Shown here: one piece after another, positions 1-10,850 of the stretch
Numbering within the stretch: position 1 is the stretch's first letter
Layout: every line of letters starts with the position of its first letter
Assembly (NCBI RefSeq): GCF_018977255.1
Contig: NW_024704743.1
Span: 99,636,001 to 99,700,000, forward strand
DNA length: 64,000 nucleotides
Direction of reading: 5' to 3'
Source of the DNA: Callorhinchus milii
Taxonomy: Eukaryota
The notes under the pieces: generated by a model
Seen by the model: the letters and a program-made list of their open reading frames with translations, nothing else
Databases searched by the model: none
What the model was told of the DNA's origin: nothing
Translations under genes and position numbers: made by a program

Positions 1-41
1 CGTGAATGGCCTTGTAGGTGAGGATGAGGATCTTCAATTCG
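1..41 (-). mobile_element. Young L2 LINE fragment cut by the window edge
   Basis: Near-identical to 36955-36995 of the young L2 copy (cgtgaatggccttgtaggtgaggatgaggatctt). Confidence 0.85.
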
Positions 42-276
42 AATTAAAGATCCTATGACATTATTTTAAAAGAGTATCCTGTGGTGAACATTCCCCTAGA
101 TCAAATTGGTGAATTTACTTTATGGACACTGCTGTGTGCTCTCCTACAAAATGCAGTCTCTTCACTTTACAGTAAATCCTGCTTTGATATGTACTCCGGA
201 TATGAAAGACACAATATTAAATCAATGATTATTATTAATATTAATAATCCATTTCTAATTCTCATTTAGTACTTAC

Positions 277-449
277 TCCACAACATATTGTATTTGTCAA
301 CAAAACGTGACTTTTCCTGGTTCATTTCCATCTCTGCTGTTAGTAGTCTAACACAACTTAATTTATTGTGGAAAATACTGTTGTGTGTTTGGCTGCTGAC
401 AGAGTTAAATATAATCTTTTTAAGACCTGAAATTCCTTCTGATTTTAGC
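277..449 (-). CDS. Candidate internal coding exon (173 nt, phase 2 to phase 1) of an unidentified gene
   Basis: Acceptor cccttatAG, donor GTAAGT; open frame LKSEGISGLKKIIFNSVSSQ...RFVDKYNMLW; phase matches the exon at 1374-1514. Confidence 0.55.
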
Positions 450-484
450 CTATAAGGGTAATTTAGGATCAAAACATTAATGAT

Positions 485-690
485 CGGAATATAGGAAGCG
501 AAGTAGGCCATTTGACCCATCAAGATTGTCCCACTATTTTCCAAGATGGTGGACAATCGCAGCTCAATTCCACCTCCCTGCCCTCTCTCCATATTCCTTG
601 ATACCTTGTTCCTATCAAGTATTTATCTATTTGCCTTCAACATGTTTCAGTTGTCTCTGCCTCCATTGCCCTCTGGGGATTGCCTACAAA
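485..690 (-). mobile_element. Degenerate CR1-type LINE 3' region
   Basis: ataggaagcgaagtaggccatttgacccatc...ccatattccttgatacc resembles shark CR1 3' ends. Confidence 0.55.
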
Positions 691-1373
691 ATACGCATCA
701 CTGCACTTTACAGTAAAATCCTGTGAAGTGCTTTGAGACGTCCTCCCAGTGTGAAAGGCAGTCAATCAAAAGCAAGGATTGTTAATATTATTATTTATGT
801 AATTAAAAGTGGTTGTCATAATTGGGGAATTAAAGTGAGAACAAATGTTAATTGTTCCCTCTATTTTCCTCTGGGTTTTTAATGTCAGTTTATTGGAGAC
901 ATATTGATCCTTGTGCAAAGCATATAAAGGAATCTAGTTTTACATGAGGTTAGGGCAGATTGTCTATAAATCAGAAATCTGTGACATATTTCCAGAATGT
1001 TCCAGCTATTTGGAACCTCAGAAATTGTACCTTGTGCTGGTGGTTTTGAATATTGAATATGAATATGCAGAACAAACAAAAGACTAAGGACAAGAGTTTG
1101 GTGTCAACAAAAAATGTTTTAAGTAATAATAATAAAATACAGAAACACCAATAAGAGAATTTATTCTGATTGCCAACAGTATGCCTGCCACCAGTGAACA
1201 GTGTAGTGTCTTTACATTTCCTAGCTCTCAACTGGTGCCTTCTCTGTCATTTGTGCCTGACTGACAGTGCATCAAACAAGTGTGAGAGGATTATTATGAA
1301 AGTGTCCCCAGAATAGAAGGGGAGGAAGAAGTGGTGGCGGTCAACAGCATTGCTTCCTCACACCTCCACTTAC

Positions 1374-1514
1374 CCTGGAATGTCCTCATCTTTCTCCTCT
1401 TCATTCTGAGAAATGAGGCCTCGTACAACCTCCTCGTTGATGCAACCCCTGATGCTGTTTGCTCTGAGCTCTTCAGGTGGAAAGGCTCCTTGAAAACTGA
1501 GGACAACAAAGTAG
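1374..1514 (-). CDS. Candidate internal coding exon (141 nt, phase 2-2) of an unidentified gene
   Basis: Acceptor tttgtttttgacAG, donor GTAAGT; open frame YFVVLSFQGAFPPEELRANSIRGCINEEVVRGLISQNEEEKDEDIP. Confidence 0.6.
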
Positions 1515-2210
1515 CTGTCAAAAACAAATGAGAAATATGTGGGCCAGTTTCAAAACCAATCTAAAAGTATCTTATTGGAGGCTATTATGGAAACAAGGTA
1601 CAAGTCTACAATTTAAAGCTAAATAATCATTAGTAACATAGTACCTGACTTGCCATAGCTCTTGCAAACTCCATGCTCTTCCTCTCCCACCAGGGGGTAC
1701 CAGGAGAGCTACGATCTCCTCCACCACTCTCAGCTCTTGTATCTGTCAGGGCCTCTAACCCCACCCCCCATCACCCCCCTCCCCCCCACACACATACACA
1801 TACATTGGCTTATGTATAGTCTTCCTCTGAGAAGACTAAGCACTCTAAGCACTCTGAGATGCTACCCAGTGTGCAAAGTGTTATATAAGTGCAAGTTGTT
1901 CTTTTTGTTGCACGTACAGGCATTAATTTCTCCATTGTTTTGGTCCAATTTTTAGGACACTTGCAAGATATGGGTGTGTTTGCACATGATGCCCCAAACA
2001 TCATCCTGTACTATTCCTCTTTGCACTAGCTGTCAACTACTGAACACCATTCTCTTATTCAGGAATGACAGCTTGGAGCCAGGGGTAAAATTGACCCGGT
2101 GAGTGGCTTGCAACCATCCGTTCTTCTTTTATCAGTGCTGAGGAAAGTTGCCAGTAGCCCCGAAATGATAACTTCTGAAGAGTATCAGTGAGACTAACAT
2201 GAACACTTAC

Positions 2211-2387
2211 CCCTGCAGGTCAGCTTTCTCTTCTTGCCTTGTCACATTTCTCATGTATTCCTGTTCTTTGTGTTTCCATCTCCTGTTGAACATGGCATTA
2301 CTGTACTATGTGCCTGACACATCCAGGCAGCAGCAATTGAAAATGACTTCTGATTGACTAGGGTCTCACCATTTCATTTTCATCCTG
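2211..2387 (-). other. Candidate exon (177 nt, phase 2-2): two in-frame stops in the 5' half, then MFNRRWKHKEQEYMRNVTRQEEKADLQ from the ATG at 2293
   Basis: Acceptor gtgtttctAG, donor GTAAGT; length divisible by 3; 3' phase joins the 1374-1514 exon in frame. Confidence 0.5.
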
Positions 2388-2499
2388 CTAGAAACACAAT
2401 TTCCACATGTTAACCTTTTGCAGCAAAAATATCAGCATCTGCATCAAAGCCCCTTCACTAATATATGGCCCATGCAATTTTGACCCCTTCTTATTAAAA

Positions 2500-2625
2500 T
2501 CTGCAAACAATTGATGAAAATTCTTAAATTCCATCTTCATTTGAAAGCTGTTTTATTTGCAGTTTTTAAAAACCATCAGCTTCTAAATTAAGATTGAATT
2601 TTAAGAATTTTCCACATTTCTCTAA
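2500..2625. mobile_element. Palindromic MITE-like family, central part
   Basis: gaaaattcttaaattccatcttcatttgaaagctg pairs with cagcttctaaattaagattgaattttaagaattttc; homologous to 49857-50095. Confidence 0.65.
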
Positions 2626-3201
2626 GACAAGATAACAAAGTTACATCATTGTCTGGATGAACCATTTGACTTCATCCTTCTCGAATATACCCAATTTCCC
2701 TCTCTGTCATTAAAGCATCAAATTGTTTTTTTTAAATGTATCAAGCATCCTGGCCTCAAGCACTCTTCATGATAACTTGATCCAATTGTTAATTACTTCC
2801 TAGTGTCTGTCCTGAAATTGCCCTTTGTAACCCTAAACCTGTGGCCTTGTGCAACAACAGCAACTTGTATTTGTAGAGCACCCTTCACACCAGACAGCGT
2901 CTCGGAGCACTTAAGACAAAATTAGGACAAAACAGACTATGACTTTTAGGCCTGCAATCTGCACATAGCAAACAGTAGATGCCCCCGGTGTCTTGTCTTC
3001 TTTATTGATGTTCCATAAACAATTTCCCACAAACAGGAGAGAACAGATTTTACATTCCAGACACAGAGAAATTTCCAAGATTACATATGTATGTGGAACT
3101 CTCAGTCAGATTGGATACTCTTAAGCATGGTGATGGGGTTCTACATGTGTCAGGCGCAAGGGTGCCCACAAGGTGCCCCCCACCCCTCCAGAAATAAGTA
3201 C

Positions 3202-3264
3202 CTTTGTGTCTTTCTTGCAAATTGATCTCCACATCTCCCAGGTTGAGAAACTTGTCTTGGAGCA
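3202..3264 (-). other. Candidate exon (63 nt), open in all three frames
   Basis: Strong acceptor ctttttctgtccttctAG and donor aag|GTACTT. Confidence 0.45.
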
Positions 3265-3919
3265 CTAGAAGGACAGAAAAAGCATTGTGGAGAAATGGTT
3301 TGTTTCCGTTACTTTTTTTAAAAACTTATTTTGTTTGATTTAAACCTGTAACATGTTGTGCTGATGCAGAGCCTACTGCAGGTGAGTGTTACAATAATAT
3401 AATATAATAATAATAATCGTTGCATTTGATATCATACCTTATAACATCATCAACATGTCTCAAATCACTTCACAGGATTTACTGTGGTATGTGATATTGT
3501 GAATGTGATATTTTGCGGGCAACCAGCAATCTACTTGCAGCAAGAATAAATGGCTCAAGCAGGAACTGTTTTTTTAAAACTGGCTGCCTCCTCTCACAAG
3601 CCTGGATACGGATGTAGCATCACGTATGCTAATAATGAGATAAATATACTTATATGTGGGCAAATTCATCTCCTGTTATAAAGTTATTAAAAGTAGGATT
3701 AAAATACATAACAATTTAACTTGGAAAAGTTTGCATTGTAGCAGCGAAAATAAGAGCTGACTGTTAGTGCCTCTTCTAGGAAATTAACTTGTCTGAAAGC
3801 TCTCCAAAGAGGTGATAACAATCCTTTGAACGGCAGAGAGAAATAAAAAGGATGAACTTTGGATTCTATATGTTGAGTCAATACTGAAAAGGCTGGAGGA
3901 GAAACCATTCTGCTGGAAT

Positions 3920-4120
3920 CACATCGGTCCTTGCCAGGCTGCATTGGCTCCAAATTACCAAACGGTTCAACTTCAAGATCCTCTCATTCGTTTTCAAATC
4001 CCTTCATGCCCTTGCACCACCCTACCTATCTGATTTGTTACCCCCCACTGCACCACCTGCTTCCTCCACTTGGCTGGCTCCGGCCTCCTTTTCGTCTCTC
4101 ACTCCATCCGCTCCACCATC
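3920..4120 (+). mobile_element. Degenerate L2 LINE fragment (ORF2 C-terminal region)
   Basis: Matches the L2 segment encoding LARLHWLP...FKILSFVFKSLHALAPPYL. Confidence 0.75.
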
Positions 4121-4231
4121 ACCGGCAAGTTGTTGTTGTTGAGTCGGGGGAGTAGAGGAGGTCTTCCCAGTTTAAACAGGACACAAAATAACAGCCTTTC
4201 TGGTCTTTGTTATAATTATCTCATTACATAA

Positions 4232-4575
4232 TATAATAATAATAATCCTTGCATTTGCTATAGCGCCTTATCATGTCTTTGAGACGTCTCAAAGTGCTTC
4301 ACAGAATATACTGTAAAGTGAGTTGACTGTGGGTTTTGTGGGCAAAACAAGACATTGCATTGCAATACCCCACAATCAGTCATGGAATGAGTGACCAAAT
4401 TATTTCTTTTTTTTGAAGGGATTATTACCCCTGGAAAAGTGATCCGTCAATCGACTAACAAATGGGTTCTTGCGTACTGCTATGTAAACAGAGGTGTGTG
4501 GAGTAAGGAAACTTGCCTAATCTTTCACTCTGCCCGGGAATCGAACCCAGGTCCTCTTCTTGCTTGAGAAAATCA
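4232..4575 (-). mobile_element. tRNA-derived SINE, long form with an extra internal segment
   Basis: B-box gggttcgattcccggg, ggcaagtttccttactccacacacct, a ~55-nt extra segment, shared SINE body, L2-like tail and (ATT)n. Confidence 0.85.
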
Positions 4576-5074
4576 TTAAGCTGCAGGATTCCACCCGAAT
4601 TCACGGTCCTTCAGAAGTGATTTCCTGCCATTTGGCGTTGAATTGCTTTCACAAATAAGAAAGGCAGATACGCATCTATAAGGATTGGAATGTCTTCCGC
4701 TCAATTGTCCTTGCATTTGATATAATAACCACAAATTACATTTGCATAGCGCCTTTTACAGTAAAATTGTGGGCAAATATGATAGCCACTTTTCGCAAAG
4801 CGGTATCTTAAAATGGCCATGTAGTGAATGCCCAATTTTATCTGGAGGATTGTTGGCTAGGACACCAGGAGAAACTTTCTGTATGTTATCATGGATATTT
4901 ATCTGGAAGTGTAAAGCTGCTTGTAATATTCCCCCACCTTTAATTCATCGCCAGGTAAAAAGCAAGTAAAACATGTACTCTACCTAGAACATTTAGTACA
5001 TTGAAAGCATTGTACACTAATCTGTTTTCTTAATCTGCATTGCTTACATCTGCCAGTAATCCAGCAGCAGTTAA

Positions 5075-5275
5075 GAAAAAATAATAATAATTTGGTCGCT
5101 TAATCCACGATTGTTTATGGGACACTGCTGTGCACAATTGGCTGCTGTGTTTCGCCCACAAAATATACAGTCAATTCACTTTGCAGTATATTCTGTGAAG
5201 CGCTTTGAGACTTCTTGAAGACATGGTAAGGTGCTATATCAAATGCAATGATTATTATTATTATTATTATAATAA
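5075..5275 (+). mobile_element. 5'-truncated tRNA-derived SINE
   Basis: gggacactgctgtgcacaattggctgc...gcgctttgagac...atcaaatgcaatgattattatt. Confidence 0.85.
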
Positions 5276-5539
5276 TGACCAACCAAATGACCATTGGTCA
5301 AATTAACCACAATGAATAGATGTTGGTCTTTCAACACCCCAAATACACAACAAGAGCATGTTCACATAAGATAATGGCTCGGGCCGCTTCACAGTGGTGG
5401 GTTGGATGTCAGACAAGGATAGAGGGGAGTGGTAGGTGACTATAGGTATAGTTCAAGAGATATCTTTTAAGGTGGTAGCTGAGCAGAGGGCAGAGGAATG
5501 GGATCTGAGCAGATCAGTGAGATAGGAAGCTACTATTTC

Positions 5540-5982
5540 GAAGGTCTAGCTCCCACCTACCTCTCCACGGTCTTGCTCCCCCCTACCTCGCCACAGTCTT
5601 GCTCCCCCTTCTCTCTCCATGGTCTTGCCCCCCACCCCTACCTCTCCATGGTCTTGCCTGTCTGCTCCATCCGCTTGACGGACATCGGACTGCTTCAGGT
5701 CCCCCACACTTCCCGCCCCACCATTGGTGGTCGGTCATTCAGCATCTCTACCTCCACACTCTGGAACTCTATCCTGCAATTCCTCCACCTCAGTCCCACT
5801 CTTGCCTCCTTCAAGTCCTGTGTAAGGACCTTCCTATTTGGCTACCCTCCAAACGCCACCCCCCCACCTGCCCTCCTCACCCCAATTCCTAGCTCGGGGC
5901 CCAAAATCCCTGATCGTCCAGTACCCTGGGGCATCTTTCCGATGTGAAGGGCATTACACAAATGTAATTCGTTATTGTTGCT
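5540..5982 (+). mobile_element. L2 LINE 3' fragment with tandem duplications at its 5' end
   Basis: HGLAP..YL, RPTIGGRSFS..LWNSI, FKSCVRTFLF and an L2 3' tail. Confidence 0.85.
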
Positions 5983-6771
5983 GCTAGGCTTTGAAGGGAT
6001 TTATATGGATTTTGAAGTTGATACATTTGGAGATAGGGAGTCAGTGGACAAAAAAAGCCATAATCAAATTGAATCTGAAAATAAATCTTTTTTTTTGCAT
6101 TCTGTTCTCAGATAGAGCCTGATGATGTTGATGATGATGATGATGACCTTTTGTTGAATCAAAATTCTTCCAGCTGTTTACTCCTCTTCTGGCGTCTCTC
6201 TGTCTGCTGCTATTTGATTCGTGTAAAGAGTCTGTTGCTGCCATGTCACACAATGCAGTTTTTAATGACTTACAGCTTCCCCTAAATGGTTTAAAGAAAT
6301 AGATATTTCCCTTGAATTATTAAGGTGTATAAATCAAAAAAAAACTCAGTGACATTCTGGCACTGGCACAGCACAAGCTGAGAATAGAAAGAGTTTAAAT
6401 TACTTTTGGAGAGCAGTTCTTTAGATGGAAGTTTAAAATGCTATTGAACTTTGGATTCCATTAATGCCTCTGCTGAAGCACAATGTCATATTACTGGAAC
6501 AAAGGCAGAACTGAAGAGCCAAATCTCTATTTTAAGGCAAAATTATACCAGCAAAAGGTTCAAACTGGAAGGAAACACCTCAGAGAGAAAATAAACAGAC
6601 ATGAAAAGAGGATTTTTTTTGTTTCAGGCAACTGGCATAATGTGTTCTGAAGAGTCTTACATCAAATACAGGTAGTTATGATAAGATCTAAGGAGCAGTG
6701 CCTTTATATTGGGTAGTTCTCAGATAGATACCCACCATCAGGGGCCCTGCTCTCTCCCTCTTACACATGTA

Positions 6772-7656
6772 TCAGATGCACTGAGTCAAGAGAGTGAGTA
6801 CACATGCAGAAGGCATTGGTGTAGGAACAAGAAAGGGGAAACATTCAACACAGTTCACTGATGGCAGGCACAATAATAGGTTTGTCAACCCTTTATTGAC
6901 TGCAATATAATTCATTTGAGCATTTAAATCTTCTGCGGACTTTTCTTCATCATCTCTGATCATATTTCTTGTATGGATATATTTCCACAACCTTCCATAG
7001 TGTGCACCACTAACACAACACATCTTTGTTGTTCCTAAGAGTCATATATGCACAGTCTTTATTTCAACAATTTTCAACTTAGAAAAAAATTCCCAAAACA
7101 CGTGGATATCTCTGATGCTTTCCATAGAGTTGCAAGTAATATACCAAACAATAGCTACTGAAACTTCACAGGCATTTTTAGATATAAATTCACCCACTAT
7201 TTTTGCTTCATTTACATCATTAACTTTTGGTACATAATTTTGAACCCTTGTTTCCTTGGAAGCTGGATTTGCTTTGTGTCTTACATAGTTATTTAATACT
7301 TCTTTATAGCATTGCACAACCTGGCAGTGTGTTCTTATAGAAGAGTGCTCTGCCAAAGACGGTGAATGTACTGATGAGCAGAGAATAATATGTTCTCTGC
7401 CAAGGTTAAAAAGTTTACTGACAATGGAGAATAAGCATTCATGCTGTCGTTAGAGGTTTAAATTTGTAAATTTTTCCCGATGTCTTTGTTCGCTTGATCT
7501 GGCTCTATTTACTGTTCCCAACAAAAACTTGAATTTATATACAGCGTTTTGATTGGAATGAACAACTCTAACCCCCTCAACAAATATATTGGAGGCACTG
7601 AGCATGGAGATGAAATTAAGAATGTTGAACAAATCGACTTTTGAAAAAAAATGTTT
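6772..7656 (-). pseudogene. Decayed coding-like frame of unknown origin (~295 codons, 2 internal stops)
   Basis: Track ORFs 7450-7632, 7042-7356 and 6772-7023 share one frame and the gaps between them contain no further stops. Confidence 0.4.
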
Positions 7657-8144
7657 TTAGAGGTGTTGTGAAGGAAATAGAGGAAATGTAGCTAAGAATT
7701 TTTGGAAGGGTGTTCCAGAGGGCAGGACTGTAGTGGCTAAAGGCTCAGCCAAATCATGTGGGATAAAGAGTAAGAAATGAACAATAGGTCTGTATCAGGG
7801 GAGCGCGGGATAAGGTCATGAGAATGGGTCTGGAGGAGAATACATGTGTAAGCAAGTTGAGAAACATTTTGAAGGCATGACAATCATAGAAAGAGCTTAT
7901 CCATGCTTTATATTCCAGTTCCTGATAAAACAAACTCCCTTAAATGAAAGAGAGAAATCTTTATCAATCCTTTTCCATCACAATGCTAATCGAGCTCCTG
8001 TATATTGTCAGCGATTTCAGATTTAGAACATTTGTAGCTTTTGTTTTATGTTTGATAACAGGTACTCCTTTTGTCATCCATCTCCTCAAATCTTTCTTCC
8101 AGTTCACCCTCAGAATGGTGCTCACCTTCAGAATGGATGTTCAT

Positions 8145-8390
8145 TCGGCAGGGCGAAACCTTGGGCAAGTTTCCTTACACTAAATGCCTGATATTAATCC
8201 CTCAAGAAAAAAAATAATAATTTGGTCACTCAATCCATAACTGTTTGTGGTACACTACTGTGCAGAATTGGCTGCCGCGTTTTGCCCACAAATATACAGC
8301 CAATTCACTTTATGGTATATTCTGTGAAGCGCTTTGAGACGTCTGGAAGGTGTGAAAAGTGCTGTATCAAATGCAAGAATTATTTTATTA
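8145..8390 (+). mobile_element. 5'-truncated tRNA-derived SINE
   Basis: cggcagggcgaaaccttgggcaagtttccttac through atcaaatgcaagaattatt. Confidence 0.9.
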
Positions 8391-8572
8391 CCTCCATCAC
8401 ATGCATATGCCTTATTTTTGCTGATTGACAATGTTTATATCTGGGTCTAATTCTCAACATTTGCAAACTGGATTTGACATGATAATTTGAATGTCCCGGT
8501 TTGTGAACTTTGAAAGATGTCAGATTTGTAAAAATTAGCAGATAGGCTAAGTGTGAATTCTGAAAACCATAA

Positions 8573-9690
8573 AACAACAAAAACAAAATTACATTTGCAA
8601 AGCGCCTTTCACGTTGGGAGGACGTCCCAAGGCCCTGGACAGACAGAGTTACAGACCCGAGCTGGGGGTCAGGATCGGGGAGTGTAGAGGGCAAGGGGGG
8701 AAGCAGGGAGATCGAAAGCACGGTCGAAAAGGAGGGTCTTGAGACAGGTCTTGAAAGTGCCAAGAGGGTGAGGAGGAGGGACTGCGGGATGGAGTTTCAG
8801 AGGGTGGGTGCAGAGTGGCGGAAGGCCCGCCTGCCAATGGTGGGCCGAGCGAAGCGGGGGACGTGAAGCAGGCCGGAGCCCGCTGAGCAGAGAGAGCGAA
8901 CAGGATGGTAGGGGGTTAGGAGGTTGCAGAGGTAGGGGGGAGCAAAGCTGTGGAGGGCTCTGAATGTGAGGACCAGGATCTTGAACTGTATCCTCTATGT
9001 GATGGGAAACCAGTGGAGTTGGGCAAGGATGGGGGTGATTGGGTCACAGAGCCTAGTGCAGGAAAGGAAATGGGCTGCAGAGTTCTAGATGATCAGCAGC
9101 CTTCATAGGGAGGAATTGGGGAGGCTGACAAGCAATGAGTTTGCATAGTCGAGCCTCGGTGTAATGAAAACGTGTATGAGGGTTTCGGCAGACTGCAGTG
9201 TGAGACAGTAATGGAGCTGGGCGATATTGCGGAGGTGGGGGAAGGCAGAGTGGGTCATGGCACAGATGTGGGGTAGAAAGGATAGTTGAGGGTCAAACAA
9301 GACCTCAAGGTTCTGGACTGGCTTAGCACGGTGGAGTGTGCAACCATGGATGGCGATGCTTTCAGCGCCTGAGTTGAGGAGGTGCTGACGGGAGCCAACC
9401 AGGAGAGCCTCAGTCTTATTGACGTTCAACTGGAGAAAGTTAGCTCTCATCCAGGACTTGATATCCGACAGACATTCAATCAGGCAGCAGTATTCCTGGA
9501 GTCAAGGGTGGAGGCAGAGAGGTAGAGTTGGGTGTCATCCGCATACATGTGGAAGTTGACCCCATGTCTGCGGATGATGTCACCAAGAGGGTGCATGTAG
9601 ATGTTGAAGAGGAGGGGACCAAGGACAGAACCCTGAGGAACACCACACAAGACGGTCCGGGGGCTAGAGGAGAAGCCGTTTGTGGAGAGA
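8573..9690 (-). mobile_element. L2 LINE, 5'-truncated (~1.1 kb), RT domain to 3' tail
   Basis: [50 protein letters not shown]; stops and frameshifts. Confidence 0.95.
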
Positions 9691-10152
9691 CAAGAGAACG
9701 AAACAGCTAACAATCTGAAGTCCTAAATATTTCCTTGTCTTGTGACTAGCCTCCTTACCATCAAAACCAATCTGTTGCCTACAATGGTTAGCCCTGTAAC
9801 GTTGAAGGAGTTTTATTGTATCCAGTCTTATTATAGCTGAGTGAGTTATCTTTGAAACAAAACTTTAGCCATGGAACATAACTAATTTGTTTGGCACAAT
9901 TTAGAATTTGGTTTTGAAGCTATTGATCAAATGTCAGAGTATAATCTTCCACAAGACTCACTTCTATCTTTGTATTATGGGCAGTCTATGCTTTGCTTGG
10001 AATATTCTGTATTTGTAAACAAATCCATGAATTATATGTGTAGCTCTTAATTTATTTGCCTTTTATCTCAAGCAATAACTTGTAGTCCTACTGAAATCTT
10101 TATTTCTGTTTCAAAGATTAAAATTGACCATGTTTTACCATAGATTGCCCAT

Positions 10153-10450
10153 AATCCCCCGCCCCAACCGCCCTACCATCGGTGGCCGGGCCTTCAGCCT
10201 CTCAGCCCCTAGGCTCTGGACCTCCATTCCCCAGTGCCTTCGCCTTACTTCCTCCCTTTCCTCCTTCAAGGCCGGTCTCAAGGCCTTTCTCTTTGACCGT
10301 GCCTTCAGCTCCCCTCTCGACTCTCTACCCCCTCCTCGTTCCCTCCCTCCCTTCCCTCCCCTCACCCTGACCGTTTTCTCCCTGCTCGGGTCCTGACCCA
10401 ACTATCCAGCACCTTGGGACGTCCTTGAAATAAAATCTTGTTGTTGTTGT
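10153..10450 (+). mobile_element. Young L2 LINE 3' fragment
   Basis: PRPNRPTIGGRAFSLSAPRLW...FKAGLKAFLFDRAF, 3' UTR and (TTG)n tail. Confidence 0.95.
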
Positions 10451-10489
10451 ATTGTATGATTTATACAAAGCAGCAGTTTTATATAAATC

Positions 10490-10850
10490 AAGCTGTACAA
10501 AAGTATTTAAGATAATGAAAGGAGTTGAGAGAATTAATTATAAAAAAAATCCCCTTTACCACTTGTAAAGGGATTCAAAGCCGAGAGGAATAAAAAGAGA
10601 AGTTCAGAAGAATTCCCAGAAGTTTGTCAAAGTATGGAATGTTTGCCAGGATGACTATTAGAACAGAGTCAATTTGAGATATTTAGAAGAGAATTAATCA
10701 AATACAAGCAGAGGCACGGTAATACATGGTACAGGGAAAGAAGAGGGAACTAGGATTAGGATGGATGGATTCTTTGGACCAACATGCAAAGATCGACATG
10801 AAAAAATGGACTAAACATCTTCTACTATGTTGTGCATTTCTATGATTTCT
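10490..10850 (+). mobile_element. Old CR1 LINE 3' fragment
   Basis: aagataatgaaagga, tggaatgtttgcc, atttagaagagaattaatcaaatac and ttctatgatt terminus. Confidence 0.65.

Noticed and set aside
1645..1760. Open minus-strand frame ending at a cag|GTAC donor between two candidate exons
   Set aside because: Poor acceptor, phase incompatible with the chain, and adjacent to a decayed L2 tail
6041..6253. Poly-His ORF on the minus strand
   Set aside because: The His run is the reverse of a (GAT)n repeat, and there are no supporting splice sites on that strand
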